The notes beneath the pieces are model-generated. The model was given only the letters and a program-made list of their open reading frames with translations, did no database searches and had not been told where the DNA came from. Shown piece after piece: positions 1 through 11,059 of a DNA stretch of 64,000 nt (its first letter is position 1; the number at the start of each line of letters is the position of its first letter). Location of the stretch: the NCBI GenBank assembly GCA_031423615.1, contig JANPFV010000082.1, positions 4,208-68,207 of the forward strand, written 5' to 3'. The position numbers and the translations under genes were made by a program. This DNA is from Candidatus Omnitrophota bacterium (lineage in GTDB: Bacteria > Omnitrophota > Gorgyraeia > Zapsychrales > JANLHA01).

Positions 1-573
1 GGTTTTGGTGTCCTCGACAAGCAGCGGCTTTGAATTCTTGACAACCCACTGATCATACAAATCCCCTTTTTTGGCTTTCAGGTTCAAAAGACTTTGACCT
101 CGCCAGGAAGCGACCAGAGACAATTCCCCGCCATTGTCTTTTAAAAAATAAACGATGACCGTCATCTCGTCTCGCCGGTAAACGCCGTTGACTTCCGCCG
201 TAATGATCTGCGACGTTTCCGCAAGCGTAAAAGACGCACAAAGCTTTTCGGTGAGATTTTTCAGGAGAGAAAAATTTGTGACCTTATTTTGCAAGGCGGT
301 AATGGCCTGGTGTTCACGAGAAATTTCTGCCTGCAGCAAGTTCAGGCGTTCATCACATTCCCCGCGCTCAAGCAACAACAAGGCCTGTTGGTCCGTCAGA
401 AAAATATAGGAATAGACCAGATAGGCAATGATGATGGCCAGTGAGACAGCGAGAAAAACAAAACATTCCGTGGAACAGTACCGCGCGTAAACAAAAAATC
501 CAAGGAGAGGAAAAACCAGCAGGACAAGAAAAAAATAGGGAGATTTAGCGATTCGACAGATTAAGTTTTTCAT
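1..573 (-). CDS. Membrane-anchored GAF-domain sensor protein (possibly a diguanylate cyclase or kinase), C-terminus runs off the window
   Basis: Own translation from ATG 573: MKNLICRIAKSPYFFLVLLVFPLLGFF... two hydrophobic segments, a coiled coil, then GAF-like 'GDLYDQWVVKNSKPLLVED'; no stop before position 1. Confidence 0.6.
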   Translation of the reverse strand, partial: MKNLICRIAKSPYFFLVLLVFPLLGFFVYARYCSTECFVFLAVSLAIIIAYLVYSYIFLTDQQALLLLERGECDERLNLLQAEISREHQAITALQNKVTNFSLLKNLTEKLCASFTLAETSQIITAEVNGVYRRDEMTVIVYFLKDNGGELSLVASWRGQSLLNLKAKKGDLYDQWVVKNSKPLLVEDTKT

Positions 574-627
574 GTTGTTTATGTCACAACTATTCCAGAA
601 CAAGATGAAAAATTAACGGTCGACGGA

Positions 628-1731
628 TCAGATAATTGTGCTTTCGGTCTTTTTGTCAAAAAAGTGCACCTTGCTCATGTCCAGGACAAGGTCCATATCC
701 CGATTGACCTCGGGGCGGTCATGCGCGCCGACACGCGCAATAAACGGATGGCGTCCGGTGTTCAAATAAAGAAAAACTTCCGATCCCATGGGCTCGACAA
801 CTTCGCATGTGGCCTGGATCGTATTGTCCGGGGTCGCTTGCGAAACGAAAAGCTTGTCGTAAATATCTTCCGCGCGGATACCGAACGTGATTTCCTGGCC
901 TTCGAAAGAAGAAATTTTGGAATACATATCCTCGACGATCTTGACCTGGAACTTGCCTTCGTCAAAATAATATTTTCTGTCTTTCTTAATGATACGGCCG
1001 TCCATGAAATTCATCGGCGGGGAACCGATGAAACTCGCCACAAAGCGATTGACCGGACGGTCATAAATGGTAATAGGATCAGCGCATTGTTGAACGCGGC
1101 CGTCTTTCATGACCGCGATACGATCACCCAAGGTCATGGCCTCGGTTTGATCGTGCGTCACGTAAATAAAGGTGGTCTGCAATCGCAAACGCAATTTGTG
1201 AATTTCTGTGCGCATCTGCACGCGCATCTTGGCGTCGAGATTGCTCAAAGGTTCGTCAAAAAGAAAAACAAGCGGTTTACGGACAATCGCGCGTCCCAAA
1301 GCCACGCGCTGGCGCTCGCCGCCGGAAATCTCGCGCGGTTTGCGGTCAAGATATTTTTTAATCCCTAAAATTTCTGCGGCTTCATTGACGCGGCGGGCGA
1401 TTTCGGCTTTAGGGATCTTGCGCAATTTAAGACCAAAAGCCATATTTTCAAAAACCGTCATGTGCGGATAAAGGGCATAGTTCTGAAAAACCATGGCAAT
1501 ATTGCGGTCTTTGGCAGGCACTTCATTGACGAGCCTATCGCCAATCCAAATATTACCCGAGGTGATTTCCTCAAGTCCCGCGATCATTCGCAGAGTCGTG
1601 GATTTTCCGCAACCAGAGGGGCCCACCAGAACCAAGAATTCTTTGTTTTCTACTCCGAGGTTAACATCATCTACGGCCTTAGCACCGTTGCGATAAACCT
1701 TGCTGACGTTCTTCAAACTGATTTGGGCCAT
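628..1731 (-). CDS. Sugar ABC transporter ATP-binding protein (MalK/MsmX/UgpC family)
   Basis: Walker [10 protein letters not shown], signature [14 protein letters not shown], Walker B FLFDEP, C-terminal TOBE region. Confidence 0.95.
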   Translation of the reverse strand: MAQISLKNVSKVYRNGAKAVDDVNLGVENKEFLVLVGPSGCGKSTTLRMIAGLEEITSGNIWIGDRLVNEVPAKDRNIAMVFQNYALYPHMTVFENMAFGLKLRKIPKAEIARRVNEAAEILGIKKYLDRKPREISGGERQRVALGRAIVRKPLVFLFDEPLSNLDAKMRVQMRTEIHKLRLRLQTTFIYVTHDQTEAMTLGDRIAVMKDGRVQQCADPITIYDRPVNRFVASFIGSPPMNFMDGRIIKKDRKYYFDEGKFQVKIVEDMYSKISSFEGQEITFGIRAEDIYDKLFVSQATPDNTIQATCEVVEPMGSEVFLYLNTGRHPFIARVGAHDRPEVNRDMDLVLDMSKVHFFDKKTESTII

Positions 1732-1816
1732 AGGCTAAAGAATAGGTGTTGGTTTTGACTCTGATTAAGGGCTAAATTGATGAGCAAAGTTAAGACATTT
1801 TATATAAGTTTAATAT

Positions 1817-3337
1817 TTATTGCAAGGAATTGTTTGGTTGAGAGACTTTTTTACGGACAGCTATGACATGCGGTTCTTTAAAATTGTCTACAGGCACAAG
1901 ATTATGCACAGATTCACCGGCAATCTGCAGAAAAATATTATCAGAACATAAAAAAATACTGGTATATCCTTCATCTGTCAGAAAACGGAATTCATCTTGG
2001 CGCTTAAGATCATTCCGATCAAAGCGGATTTCGATGACCCGCACCATTGTCCCATTTTTAAGATGATAAACTTTCCGTTTCCAGAGAGAGTCGTTATCGG
2101 TCGTGATTTTGACCGCATCACGACTGAAAAGATAGTTGAATATGCCATAATAATCCCAATTGACCCAAAATACCCGATTATGCTGCAGATCGACCAATGA
2201 CATTCTGACAACACGCCTGTCGATCTTACAGTTATTTTTCCACTGCCCAAGGGGGAAGAACGCGGTGCACATGCGGGTGCGACTTCCGTCAGCCGTGTCA
2301 TACAAGACGGGAAATTTGATAAAAAATCCGCTCACGACAACTTGCCAGATCAATCCGATGATCAAGGTTGCGTATAAAAATAACCCCATCGCCCGATTCT
2401 GGAATCTTTTTAAAAAAATCAATCCCTCAAGGGCCAGCCAGGCCATCACAGGATAAATATACAAAAGATATTTGGGAGTCGTGTTCCCGCGAAAATAAAA
2501 AGCAAAGATGGGAAAAATAGCCAAGAAGCCCCATATGGCCGCCTGGTATTTTCTTTGGGACAAAAGACCCCAAAAGCCAATTATTCCCAAAATAATGATC
2601 GACAGAGGCATGGCCAGAGACGTATTTTTAAAAGGAAAGGAGTACTGGGCAGAAATGTCTTCAAAATGGGCTTGCGTAATCGAACGGATGGAGGCGATAG
2701 AGATATGGGCGAAATTGCCGAGGATTAAGAGGCTTATCGCAAAAACAGTAGAAAAAATAAAAATATTTTTTATGTCCTTTTTAAAATACAGGACCGCGAG
2801 CAAGCACGGGACCATAAAAACAATATCCAATCGAAAAAAAAAGGCCACGGCCGTGAGGACGGCGGCCGTAACCGTCGACAAAACCGTGATTTTTCGTGTC
2901 AGCAAATCCCCCGCCATGTACAAAAACAGCATGGCGGTAATGTTGGTATTATAGTAAGCGCCGCTGATCAAAATTTCATGGATCAATAAGGTAACACCGA
3001 TAAACGCTATGGCGAAAGTTTCGGACTTGAATCGTCTGACGATGAAATAACTTAAAAAGAGAATTAATACCAAGCTGACTTGAGCGATCATCGTTGACAA
3101 AAAAGCCAAGTCCATATGGCAGACTTTGGACATCGTCGTCAACATCGCATAGGTATAAGGCTGGACAGGATAATTGTAAAGAATCGGTTGGTCCACCCCT
3201 CGGATCATTTGCATCGCTCCAGCGATGATGTTACCAGCATCGCCTTCAAAAAAAGGATATGTCGTTAAAGTAAGAAAGTAGACTATATACAGAAAGTAGA
3301 TCGGTAAAAGAATTTTCTTTAATCGATCAGGCAGCAT
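1817..3337 (-). CDS. Multi-pass membrane protein, probable GT-C fold glycosyltransferase
   Basis: About 11 hydrophobic helices, acidic 'EGDAG' first loop; start moved to ATG 3337, which overlaps the glf end. Confidence 0.6.
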   Translation of the reverse strand: MLPDRLKKILLPIYFLYIVYFLTLTTYPFFEGDAGNIIAGAMQMIRGVDQPILYNYPVQPYTYAMLTTMSKVCHMDLAFLSTMIAQVSLVLILFLSYFIVRRFKSETFAIAFIGVTLLIHEILISGAYYNTNITAMLFLYMAGDLLTRKITVLSTVTAAVLTAVAFFFRLDIVFMVPCLLAVLYFKKDIKNIFIFSTVFAISLLILGNFAHISIASIRSITQAHFEDISAQYSFPFKNTSLAMPLSIIILGIIGFWGLLSQRKYQAAIWGFLAIFPIFAFYFRGNTTPKYLLYIYPVMAWLALEGLIFLKRFQNRAMGLFLYATLIIGLIWQVVVSGFFIKFPVLYDTADGSRTRMCTAFFPLGQWKNNCKIDRRVVRMSLVDLQHNRVFWVNWDYYGIFNYLFSRDAVKITTDNDSLWKRKVYHLKNGTMVRVIEIRFDRNDLKRQDEFRFLTDEGYTSIFLCSDNIFLQIAGESVHNLVPVDNFKEPHVIAVRKKVSQPNNSLQ

Positions 3338-4463
3338 GACTTCTTTTGATTTGCGTTTCGTAGCAGTTAAGGGCAGCAAGAATAGTTTTGTCCATGTCAT
3401 TGTAGGCGTAATCTCCTAATCGTCCCCCGATGATAAGGTTTTCTTCCTGTTGGACCAAAGCCTTGTACTCCGCGACGATTTTTTGATTGTGCGGCGTGTT
3501 GATGGGATAAAATCCTTCTTTCATCGTACTGCGTTGAGATGTTTCGTAAAAAATAATGGTCTTGTTTTTGCCATACGGCCTCTCCGGGTGCAAATGCCGC
3601 GGCTCATGAATTCGCATGTAAGGCACGTCGGAATCGGCAAAATTCATGACTGATGTTCCCTGATAATCCTCCTCGTTGATGATAGCTCGCTGGCATTCGA
3701 TGACCCGCCATTCCAAAGGCCCGCAGGAATAATCAAAATACCGGTCAATCGGCCCGGTATAGATGATTTTTTCATAAGTTTTAAACTCATTGCGATGTTT
3801 AAAAAAATCACATTTGAGTCGCACTACAATTTTAGAAGACGATAGAAGTCTATCGAAAATCGAACAATATCCCTGAAGGGGAATGCCCTGCCAGGCCGCA
3901 TCATTAAAATACGTTTCGTCATAATTAAAACGCACCGGCAGCCGCGTGATGATGTTTGCGGGAAGTTCGCGCGGGTCCTTCCCCCACTGCTTCATTGTGT
4001 AACCTTTGATGAAAGCTTCGTAAAGCGGCCGGCCGATCAAGGAAATACATTTTTCTTCCAGATTATTCGGCACAGTGAATTTTTCCTGTTCGATTTGCTG
4101 TTTAATAAATTCTTTGGCTTCTGAGGGGCGAAAGTTACGATTAAAGTAGGTGTTGATCGTTTCTAAATTAATCGGCATTTGATAGACTTTATTTTTATAA
4201 GTCGTCAAAACCTGGTGCTTGTATTGGTTGAATTCCGTAAATCGCGTAATGTAGTCCCAAACGATCTGCGAGGACGTGTGAAAAATGTGCGTTCCGTAAG
4301 GATGATATTCGATGCCGGTTTCCGCATCGATTTTAGAATGGCAGTTGCCGCCGGTATGATCACGCTGGTCGATAACGAGCACACTCTTGCCCAGGTCATT
4401 GGCAATGCGCTCGGCGATGACGCTGCCATAAAAACCTGCTCCCACCACGAGATAATCGTACAT
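3327..4463 (-). CDS. glf: UDP-galactopyranose mutase
   Basis: GAGFYG FAD motif, GGNC, YGTHIFHT, KQWG, YTGPIDRYF, GRLGDY. Confidence 0.95.
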   Translation of the reverse strand: MYDYLVVGAGFYGSVIAERIANDLGKSVLVIDQRDHTGGNCHSKIDAETGIEYHPYGTHIFHTSSQIVWDYITRFTEFNQYKHQVLTTYKNKVYQMPINLETINTYFNRNFRPSEAKEFIKQQIEQEKFTVPNNLEEKCISLIGRPLYEAFIKGYTMKQWGKDPRELPANIITRLPVRFNYDETYFNDAAWQGIPLQGYCSIFDRLLSSSKIVVRLKCDFFKHRNEFKTYEKIIYTGPIDRYFDYSCGPLEWRVIECQRAIINEEDYQGTSVMNFADSDVPYMRIHEPRHLHPERPYGKNKTIIFYETSQRSTMKEGFYPINTPHNQKIVAEYKALVQQEENLIIGGRLGDYAYNDMDKTILAALNCYETQIKRSHAA

Positions 4464-4472
4464 TTTTCCTCG

Positions 4473-5192
4473 CTAGAACTTCATGTTGGCCACACACTGC
4501 CACGTCTGCAGAAAAGCTCTGAAAGATGCTTTGAATAGTTTGCCCAACTTCAAAGAAAATTCTCCCGTCGTCCTATTGTGATGCGGCACGGCCACCTGCC
4601 AGATTCTGGCGTTCATTTTAGCCAGCCCCGCAGAGACAATGACATTGGGAGCAAAAGTGTTGTCGGGAATTTGATCAATGATCCGTATCAGAACGTCCGA
4701 ACGCATGAGCCGGTAAGGTACGTTCACGTCGTGCACGCCTTTTCCGGAAAGACCCGAAACCGTAAAACGGGAAATGGCGCTGACCAATTTACGCGGCAAA
4801 CTTTGCGATCTACCCTGCCGGATACCAAGGAGCGCATCATAGGATTGTCGTTTATGCCAGAAAAGGCAAAAAGATTCCGGAGGCATTTCATTGTCGCTAT
4901 CACATTGAAAGACCCATTGCGCTTCCTTGACCGCTTCATGATATCCCATCAAGATCGTCGGGCCGTGACCGCTATTCGCCTTATTGACAATTTTAATTCT
5001 GTCATTATTTTGAAAAAATTCCAATTCTTTTGCCGTTCCGTCTTTGGATCCGTCGTTGAGAGCAATGATTTTAAAATTGATATTGAGAACGGTGAACTGC
5101 TCATGCCAGCTTTGCACGACTTGTTTGATGCAGCCCTCTTCGTTGTAAACAGGCATGACCATCATTAAATCATAGCGGGAAAGATTAGGCAT
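4473..5192 (-). CDS. Glycosyltransferase family 2 (polyprenol-phosphate glycosyltransferase-like)
   Basis: MPVYNEE, NDGSKDGT, NSGHG, DSD motifs. Confidence 0.9.
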   Translation of the reverse strand: MPNLSRYDLMMVMPVYNEEGCIKQVVQSWHEQFTVLNINFKIIALNDGSKDGTAKELEFFQNNDRIKIVNKANSGHGPTILMGYHEAVKEAQWVFQCDSDNEMPPESFCLFWHKRQSYDALLGIRQGRSQSLPRKLVSAISRFTVSGLSGKGVHDVNVPYRLMRSDVLIRIIDQIPDNTFAPNVIVSAGLAKMNARIWQVAVPHHNRTTGEFSLKLGKLFKASFRAFLQTWQCVANMKF

Positions 5193-6033
5193 TCGCTTGA
5201 GAATAATTGATCAGTTGCCCGAGGGTCGTTTTCATATCTTTACGTTCGACAATCATGTCGATCAATCCATGCGCGAGGAGAAATTCGGCGCGCTGGAACC
5301 CTTCGGGAAGTTTTTGGCGGATGGTTTGTTCAATGACCCGCGGGCCGGCAAAACCAATCAGCGCCTTTGGCTCGGCCATAATAATATCACCGACACCCGC
5401 AAAAGACGCCATGATCCCGCCCATGGTCGGATCGGTTAAAATGGAAATGTACAACAGACCCGCTTCATGATGACGCGCCAGCGCCGAACACGTTTTGGCC
5501 ATTTGCATCAAGGAAAACATCCCTTCATACATGCGCGCCCCGCCGCCGGATCCGGAAACAATAATGACCGGAAGCTTTTTCTTGATGGCATATTCGATAA
5601 TCCGCGTGATGCGTTCTCCGACGACCGAACCCATGGACCCCATAATAAAACGGGAATCGGTCACCGCAATCCCCGCTAATTTCCCCTCAATTTTTCCCAC
5701 ACCGGTAATGACAGCGTCCTTAAGGCCGGTCAGCTTTTGATCAGCGGCCAGCTTGTCCTTGTATGTCTTAAGACCTTTAAAGTCCAGAGGATCTTGCGAT
5801 ATCAATCCGGCGTCGTGCTCTTCAAATGATCCTTCGTCCGTCAAAAGTTCGATGCGCTCAGCGGCGGTCAAAGAAAAATGATACCCACACTGAGGACAAA
5901 CATTCTTATTGGTCTTTAACCCTTTGACATAGGAAGGAGATTCACATTCCGGGCATTTCGACCAAATGCCTTCCGGAATATTGCGTTTGCGCACACTGAC
6001 TAAGGTATATTTATTTTTTCCGAAAAGAGCCAT
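5185..6033 (-). CDS. accD: Acetyl-CoA carboxylase carboxyltransferase beta subunit
   Basis: CPEC/CPQC zinc finger, GSMGSVVGE, GGARM, IGFAGPRVIEQTI. Confidence 0.97.
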   Translation of the reverse strand: MALFGKNKYTLVSVRKRNIPEGIWSKCPECESPSYVKGLKTNKNVCPQCGYHFSLTAAERIELLTDEGSFEEHDAGLISQDPLDFKGLKTYKDKLAADQKLTGLKDAVITGVGKIEGKLAGIAVTDSRFIMGSMGSVVGERITRIIEYAIKKKLPVIIVSGSGGGARMYEGMFSLMQMAKTCSALARHHEAGLLYISILTDPTMGGIMASFAGVGDIIMAEPKALIGFAGPRVIEQTIRQKLPEGFQRAEFLLAHGLIDMIVERKDMKTTLGQLINYSQANA

Positions 6034-6054
6034 AAAAATTTTTCCCTGAAAAGA

Positions 6055-7320
6055 TTATACAATCCGGCGCGATGTCAATCCTGAAAGGACTTTGGGGTAA
6101 AAATAGGTGGTTTTAGGCGGCATTTTCTCGCCATTGAGCGCAACAGCCTTCAGCTGGGAAATCTTGACGGGATTCATGATAAAACCGGCTTCGGCGATGC
6201 CCTCATCAACCTTGGTAATGACCTCGACGGAATCCTTGGTATAAACGATGTCTTCGGATTTAACACCCAGTTTGTCAAAAACAAAATATTTGAGAATGGT
6301 GGCATCGAGACGGCGATAATCCTTGGACCCTTCCTTGATCGTTTTGTCGATAAGGGCTTTATTTTTCAGACGCAAAAGCATATATCCATCCTTGGTATAA
6401 AGACCAAAGGCATGCTCATTTTGCCCGGCCTTGGCCAAGAGCACCATAAAATCATTTTTGGCTTTAATCTTGTCCATGCGAAAAAATTCCTCGAGGAAAG
6501 AAAGCTGACCCGGGAGCTTGGTCACGATGCGATGCATAGGAAAAATTTTCAAATCCTTAGAATCAATATTGGTAAAATAGGTCATCACATAATTGAAAGG
6601 TTCCTGCCCGGTCGTTTTACCCGCCTGAGCCATTTTTTGACGGCGGATTTCGCACGCCACTTCGTAACGGTGATGACCGTCGGCAATGAAAAGAGCCTGT
6701 TGGCTCAAGGAGGACACAATTTGATTAACAAGCTTAGGGTCATCCAACTTCCAAAACAAATGCTTGACCCCGTCGTCATCCGTAACATCAAAGAGGGGTT
6801 TGGTAATAGCTAGATGGGTGATAAAAATTTTCTCCACCTTGCGTTCCCGGTCAGAAAAACAGACAAAAATGGGACTCAAATTAGCCCCGACGGCAGTCCA
6901 AAGCTTAAAACGGTCTTCCTTGGCCGCCGCATGGGTATTTTCATGAGGAAATATTTTGGAATCCTTGGCGTCCTGAATTTTCATGGCCGCAATAAAGCCC
7001 AGCCGGCTGTGACGCTCACCCTGGACCTTATATTCCTGACGATAATAATAAATAGAAGGATTAGGGTCCTGAACAAGCACACCGCTTTGCAGCCACTGAT
7101 TAAAAAGTTCTTTGGCCCGCGTATATTTATTCTGCTCCGCATTATCAGCGGGGTTGTCCTTGGCATGTTCCAAGCGGATAAAATTATATTCACTCCGGGC
7201 CAGAAAACCGCTTTGCTGGGCCGCCGAAATAACATCATAGGGGGGACACATGACCTTAGACGGGTTGGTGATCTTTTCAGGATTGTAGTGAATACCTTCA
7301 AAAGCCTTGATTTCGGTCAT
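6055..7320 (-). CDS. DUF1015 family protein
   Basis: CPPYDVIS, PHENT, FIADGHHRYE, MPPKTTYFYPK. Confidence 0.9.
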   Translation of the reverse strand: MTEIKAFEGIHYNPEKITNPSKVMCPPYDVISAAQQSGFLARSEYNFIRLEHAKDNPADNAEQNKYTRAKELFNQWLQSGVLVQDPNPSIYYYRQEYKVQGERHSRLGFIAAMKIQDAKDSKIFPHENTHAAAKEDRFKLWTAVGANLSPIFVCFSDRERKVEKIFITHLAITKPLFDVTDDDGVKHLFWKLDDPKLVNQIVSSLSQQALFIADGHHRYEVACEIRRQKMAQAGKTTGQEPFNYVMTYFTNIDSKDLKIFPMHRIVTKLPGQLSFLEEFFRMDKIKAKNDFMVLLAKAGQNEHAFGLYTKDGYMLLRLKNKALIDKTIKEGSKDYRRLDATILKYFVFDKLGVKSEDIVYTKDSVEVITKVDEGIAEAGFIMNPVKISQLKAVALNGEKMPPKTTYFYPKVLSGLTSRRIV

Positions 7321-7525
7321 AGTTAAACTCCACGGTTTTATTCAAACCGTAATATCTTTCATTTTGAGCGAAATCCCGCCAGCCAGAGGCCATTGCGGGA
7401 TTAAAAAATCTGCTTTAAGCAGATCGGAATCTTTTGGTCAAAAGTTTTTGTATTTTTAGCGATGGTTCATATTACCAAAACAAGACAAAAATAGGTACGA
7501 AATTCTTTAAAATCTTCCCTGCCGA

Positions 7526-7819
7526 CTAAGATGAAGATTTTTTAGGCGGCAAGGCCGGTGCACTCGGTGCGCTGGCGCATCCACAGCCTCCAGAATGAGA
7601 GTGTCCGGCACCCGAAGCCGCAGGCGCGGCCGGTTTGTTCTTATAATCCGTTTCGTAAAATCCTGTCCCTTTGAAAATAATCCCACTGCCCCCTCCGATA
7701 TGGCGCACCAGAGTCATCTTGGCGCATTGGGGGCATTTTTTAAATTTTTTATCTCTCATGGACTGCAAAGCTTCGAACAAATGACCGCAGGCTTCGCATT
7801 CATATTGGTAGGTTGGCAT
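7526..7819 (-). CDS. FmdB-family zinc-ribbon protein
   Basis: MPTYQYECEACGH...CPQC...FKGTGFYETDY; start at ATG 7819. Confidence 0.9.
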   Translation of the reverse strand: MPTYQYECEACGHLFEALQSMRDKKFKKCPQCAKMTLVRHIGGGSGIIFKGTGFYETDYKNKPAAPAASGAGHSHSGGCGCASAPSAPALPPKKSSS

Positions 7820-7874
7820 AATTTTTCTCCGTTCCTGAATTATATCGATAAAAGTTTTGAGGTGAAGTCTAGTC

Positions 7875-9014
7875 TCACTTAAAAGCATTTTTAAACTTGT
7901 CGGCCAGCGAATCCGAGCCTGAAGAAATTTTTTCACCGCTGACACGAGCAAATTCCTCTAAAAGTTTACGTTGGTCAGAAGTCAAATGCTCCGGAACACT
8001 GATCATGACCTTCACATATTGCTCCCCATGCCCGCCGCCATGCAAATCCGGCATGCCCTTGGCTTTCAAGCGAAAAACTTTTCCGCTTTGTGTGCCGGCC
8101 GGGATTTTCATGGAAACATTCCCGCTCAATGTCGGCACCGAAATTTCTCCCCCCAACGAGGCCACCACAAAACTCACCGGAAATTCAAAATGCAGGTCTT
8201 TGCCATTGCGTTCATAAAGAGAATGACGTCGGACGAGAATGTATAAATACAAATCACCCGATCCGGCCGCTCCAATTTCTCCTTCGCCTTTGACACGCAA
8301 ACGCGTATCATTGTCTACCCCAGCCGGAATGTTGACATCGATATTGCGGGTGACCTTGACTACGCCTTGACCGTGACATTCCGGACAATAGTCGGTGATG
8401 ATCTTCCCCTGACCACCACAAGCGGAACAGGTTTGCGCCATACGAAAAAAACCATTGGACATGACGACCTGCCCTTGTCCTTTGCAGGTCGGACACGTTT
8501 TGGGCTTGCTTCCCGGTTTAGCCCCATTGCCGTCGCATGTTTTGCAATGCTCATGGCGAGGAACCTTGACCTTCTTTTTAACCCCGCTATAAGCTTCTTC
8601 CAGAGTGATTTCGACTTCATATTGAATGTCATGTCCCCGACGGGAACGTCCCGACCGTCCGCCGCCTTGCGTGCCAAAGCCCGCATTCCCGAAAAGATTA
8701 CCGAGAATGTCTTCCAGACCGGATTCACTGCCGAAAATACTGCTAAAATCGGCGCCCTTGAAAATATCCTCGGATGTGTAGCGCTGGTCAATGCCCGAAT
8801 GGCCGTATTGATCGTACATTTGCTTTTTCTGCGGATCCGACAATACGCCGTAAGCTTCGGAGATTTCTTTAAACTTTTCTTCGGCCGCTTTTTTTTCCGT
8901 TTCCGGAACGCGATCGGGATGGAATTTTAAAGCCAACGATCGATAGGCCTTTTTGATCGCAGTAACGTCCGCGTCTTTGGTGACACCTAGAATTTCGTAA
9001 TAATCTTTTTTCAT
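7875..9014 (-). CDS. dnaJ: Chaperone DnaJ
   Basis: J domain with HPD, four CxxCxGxG repeats; start ATG 9014 after GGGAG. Confidence 0.97.
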   Translation of the reverse strand: MKKDYYEILGVTKDADVTAIKKAYRSLALKFHPDRVPETEKKAAEEKFKEISEAYGVLSDPQKKQMYDQYGHSGIDQRYTSEDIFKGADFSSIFGSESGLEDILGNLFGNAGFGTQGGGRSGRSRRGHDIQYEVEITLEEAYSGVKKKVKVPRHEHCKTCDGNGAKPGSKPKTCPTCKGQGQVVMSNGFFRMAQTCSACGGQGKIITDYCPECHGQGVVKVTRNIDVNIPAGVDNDTRLRVKGEGEIGAAGSGDLYLYILVRRHSLYERNGKDLHFEFPVSFVVASLGGEISVPTLSGNVSMKIPAGTQSGKVFRLKAKGMPDLHGGGHGEQYVKVMISVPEHLTSDQRKLLEEFARVSGEKISSGSDSLADKFKNAFK

Positions 9015-9025
9015 AAGCTCCCAAT

Positions 9026-9100
9026 AAAAGGGATCGGTAAGCTTAGAAGACACCTATCGCGCACGCGAGGCGCAAACTTGGGCTTACCGATCAATCTTTT
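9026..9100 (-). terminator. Long hairpin between dnaK and dnaJ (partial terminator or stabiliser)
   Basis: GATCGGTAAGC (9032-9042) / GCTTACCGATC (9082-9092) with a nested inner stem, followed by CTTTTATT on the minus strand. Confidence 0.55.
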
Positions 9101-11026
9101 TTATTTATCACTCGATGCTTTAAAATCTGCATCGATAACATCATCATTTTTTGCACCGGCATCCGGTTTATCGTCGGATTGCGCCTCGCCGGGTTCCGGC
9201 TGCGCTCCCGCCTGAGAACCAGCCTGTTGCTGTCCCGCCTGTTGGCTTGCCGTTGCCTTGTAAACTTCCTCGGCTAATTTATGGCTGACTTTTTGCAAAG
9301 ATTCCATGCCTGCCTTGATCTTGTCGGCATCTTTGGCCTTGATGGCTTCTTTCAAAACAACCAATTCCTTTTCAATACTTTCTTTATCCGTGGCAGAAAC
9401 CTTATCTCCATAATCCTTGACCGATTTTTCCGTCGAATAAACCAAGGTATTGGCTTGATTGATCAATTCGATTTCTTCGCGCTGTTTCTTGTCCGTTTCC
9501 GCGAATTGCTCAGCGTCCTTGATCATTTTATCAATTTCGGCCTGGGACAACTTTGTCGATGCCGTAATCTTTATGGTCTGCTCTTTGCCCGTGCCGGTGT
9601 CCTTGGCCGTAACGTGAACGATCCCATTGGTATCTATATCAAAGGTGACTTCAATTTTAGGAACACCGCGCGGAGCCGGGGGAATACCGACTAAGTCAAA
9701 ACGGCCCAATTCCGTATTGGCATTGGCCAAATCCCGTTCACCCTGCAAAACACGGATCGTGACGGCAGGCTGATTATCGGCGGCTGTGGAATAAACCTGG
9801 GATTTCTTAGTCGGGATTGTCGTATTGCGATCAATCAATTTATTAAAAAGTCCGCCTTCGACTTCAATTCCCAAAGACAGAGGAGTGACGTCTAAAAGAA
9901 GGACCTCTTTGGCTTCGCCTTTGATGATACCCGCCTGGATGGCCGCACCCATGGCGACGCATTCCATGGGATCAATGCCGCGCTCAATGGTTTGTCCCAC
10001 TTCCTTCTCGACAAATTGTTGGACGATAGGCATGCGGGTCGGTCCGCCTACAAGAATAATCTTGTCGACTTTGACATCACTGCCCAATTTTTTGGTCGCA
10101 TCCTGCATCGCTTGGACAATCGGTCCGCGGCAACGATCAATCAGAGGAGCAATCAACTGTTCCAGTTTGGCGCGGTCCAATGGCATGGTCAAATGCTTCG
10201 GTCCATTGGCATCGGCCGTAATAAACGGCAGATTAATTTCCGTCGAAACCGTACTGGAAAGCTCGACCTTGGCCTTTTCTGCGGCTTCCCGCAAACGTTG
10301 AAAAGCCATTTTGTCATTTTTCAAATCGATACCCGATTCATTTTTAAACTGGGTGATGATGTGATCGATTAAGGCGTTATCCATGTCCGTCCCGCCGAGC
10401 TGATTGTCCCCGCTGGTGGACAACACTTCAAAGGTCGCGGCTTTGTGCTCCGCATCCCAGCCCATTTCCATGATCGTGACGTCGAGCGTTCCGCCGCCCA
10501 AGTCAAAAACCATGACCTTCTGTTCTTTTCCGGCTTTATCCAAACCATACGCCAAACAAGCGGCAGTGGGTTCGTTGATAATGCGCAAAACTTTCAGTCC
10601 GGCGATTTCTCCTGCGTCCTTGGTCGCCTGGCGCTGATTGTCATTAAAATACGCTGGGACCGTGATCACCGCTTCTTCGACGGTATCGCCTAAATATTTC
10701 TCCGCGTCGGCCTTGATCTTTTGCAAGATAAAAGAACTGACTTGTTGCGGAGTGTAGTCTTTGCCCGCAACATTAAATTTAAAATTTGTTCCCATCTTGC
10801 GTTTCGCGGCATAAATCGTGCCTTGAGAATTGATCGGCGCCTGACGGCGGGCGGGTTCCCCGACGATCCTCTGCCCATCTTTGGTAAAAGCCACAAAAGA
10901 CGGAAACGCTTTACCCGAAGCCACCCCCGCTCCTTCGGCCGACGGAATGATAACCGGACGGCCGCCTTCCAAAACCGCGGCTGCGGAATTTGATGTTCCT
11001 AAATCGATACCAATTGCTTTTGCCAT
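9101..11026 (-). CDS. dnaK: Chaperone DnaK
   Basis: [35 protein letters not shown]. Confidence 0.98.
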   Translation of the reverse strand: MAKAIGIDLGTSNSAAAVLEGGRPVIIPSAEGAGVASGKAFPSFVAFTKDGQRIVGEPARRQAPINSQGTIYAAKRKMGTNFKFNVAGKDYTPQQVSSFILQKIKADAEKYLGDTVEEAVITVPAYFNDNQRQATKDAGEIAGLKVLRIINEPTAACLAYGLDKAGKEQKVMVFDLGGGTLDVTIMEMGWDAEHKAATFEVLSTSGDNQLGGTDMDNALIDHIITQFKNESGIDLKNDKMAFQRLREAAEKAKVELSSTVSTEINLPFITADANGPKHLTMPLDRAKLEQLIAPLIDRCRGPIVQAMQDATKKLGSDVKVDKIILVGGPTRMPIVQQFVEKEVGQTIERGIDPMECVAMGAAIQAGIIKGEAKEVLLLDVTPLSLGIEVEGGLFNKLIDRNTTIPTKKSQVYSTAADNQPAVTIRVLQGERDLANANTELGRFDLVGIPPAPRGVPKIEVTFDIDTNGIVHVTAKDTGTGKEQTIKITASTKLSQAEIDKMIKDAEQFAETDKKQREEIELINQANTLVYSTEKSVKDYGDKVSATDKESIEKELVVLKEAIKAKDADKIKAGMESLQKVSHKLAEEVYKATASQQAGQQQAGSQAGAQPEPGEAQSDDKPDAGAKNDDVIDADFKASSDK

Positions 11027-11059
11027 AATCCCTACCTCCTATATAGATGCGTCATTGTC

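Noticed and set aside
7372-7424. Two small hairpins upstream of the DUF1015 gene (AATCCCGC/GCGGGATT; ATCTGCT/AGCAGAT)
   Set aside because: Plausibly an ordinary terminator or leader structure; no recognisable riboswitch motif
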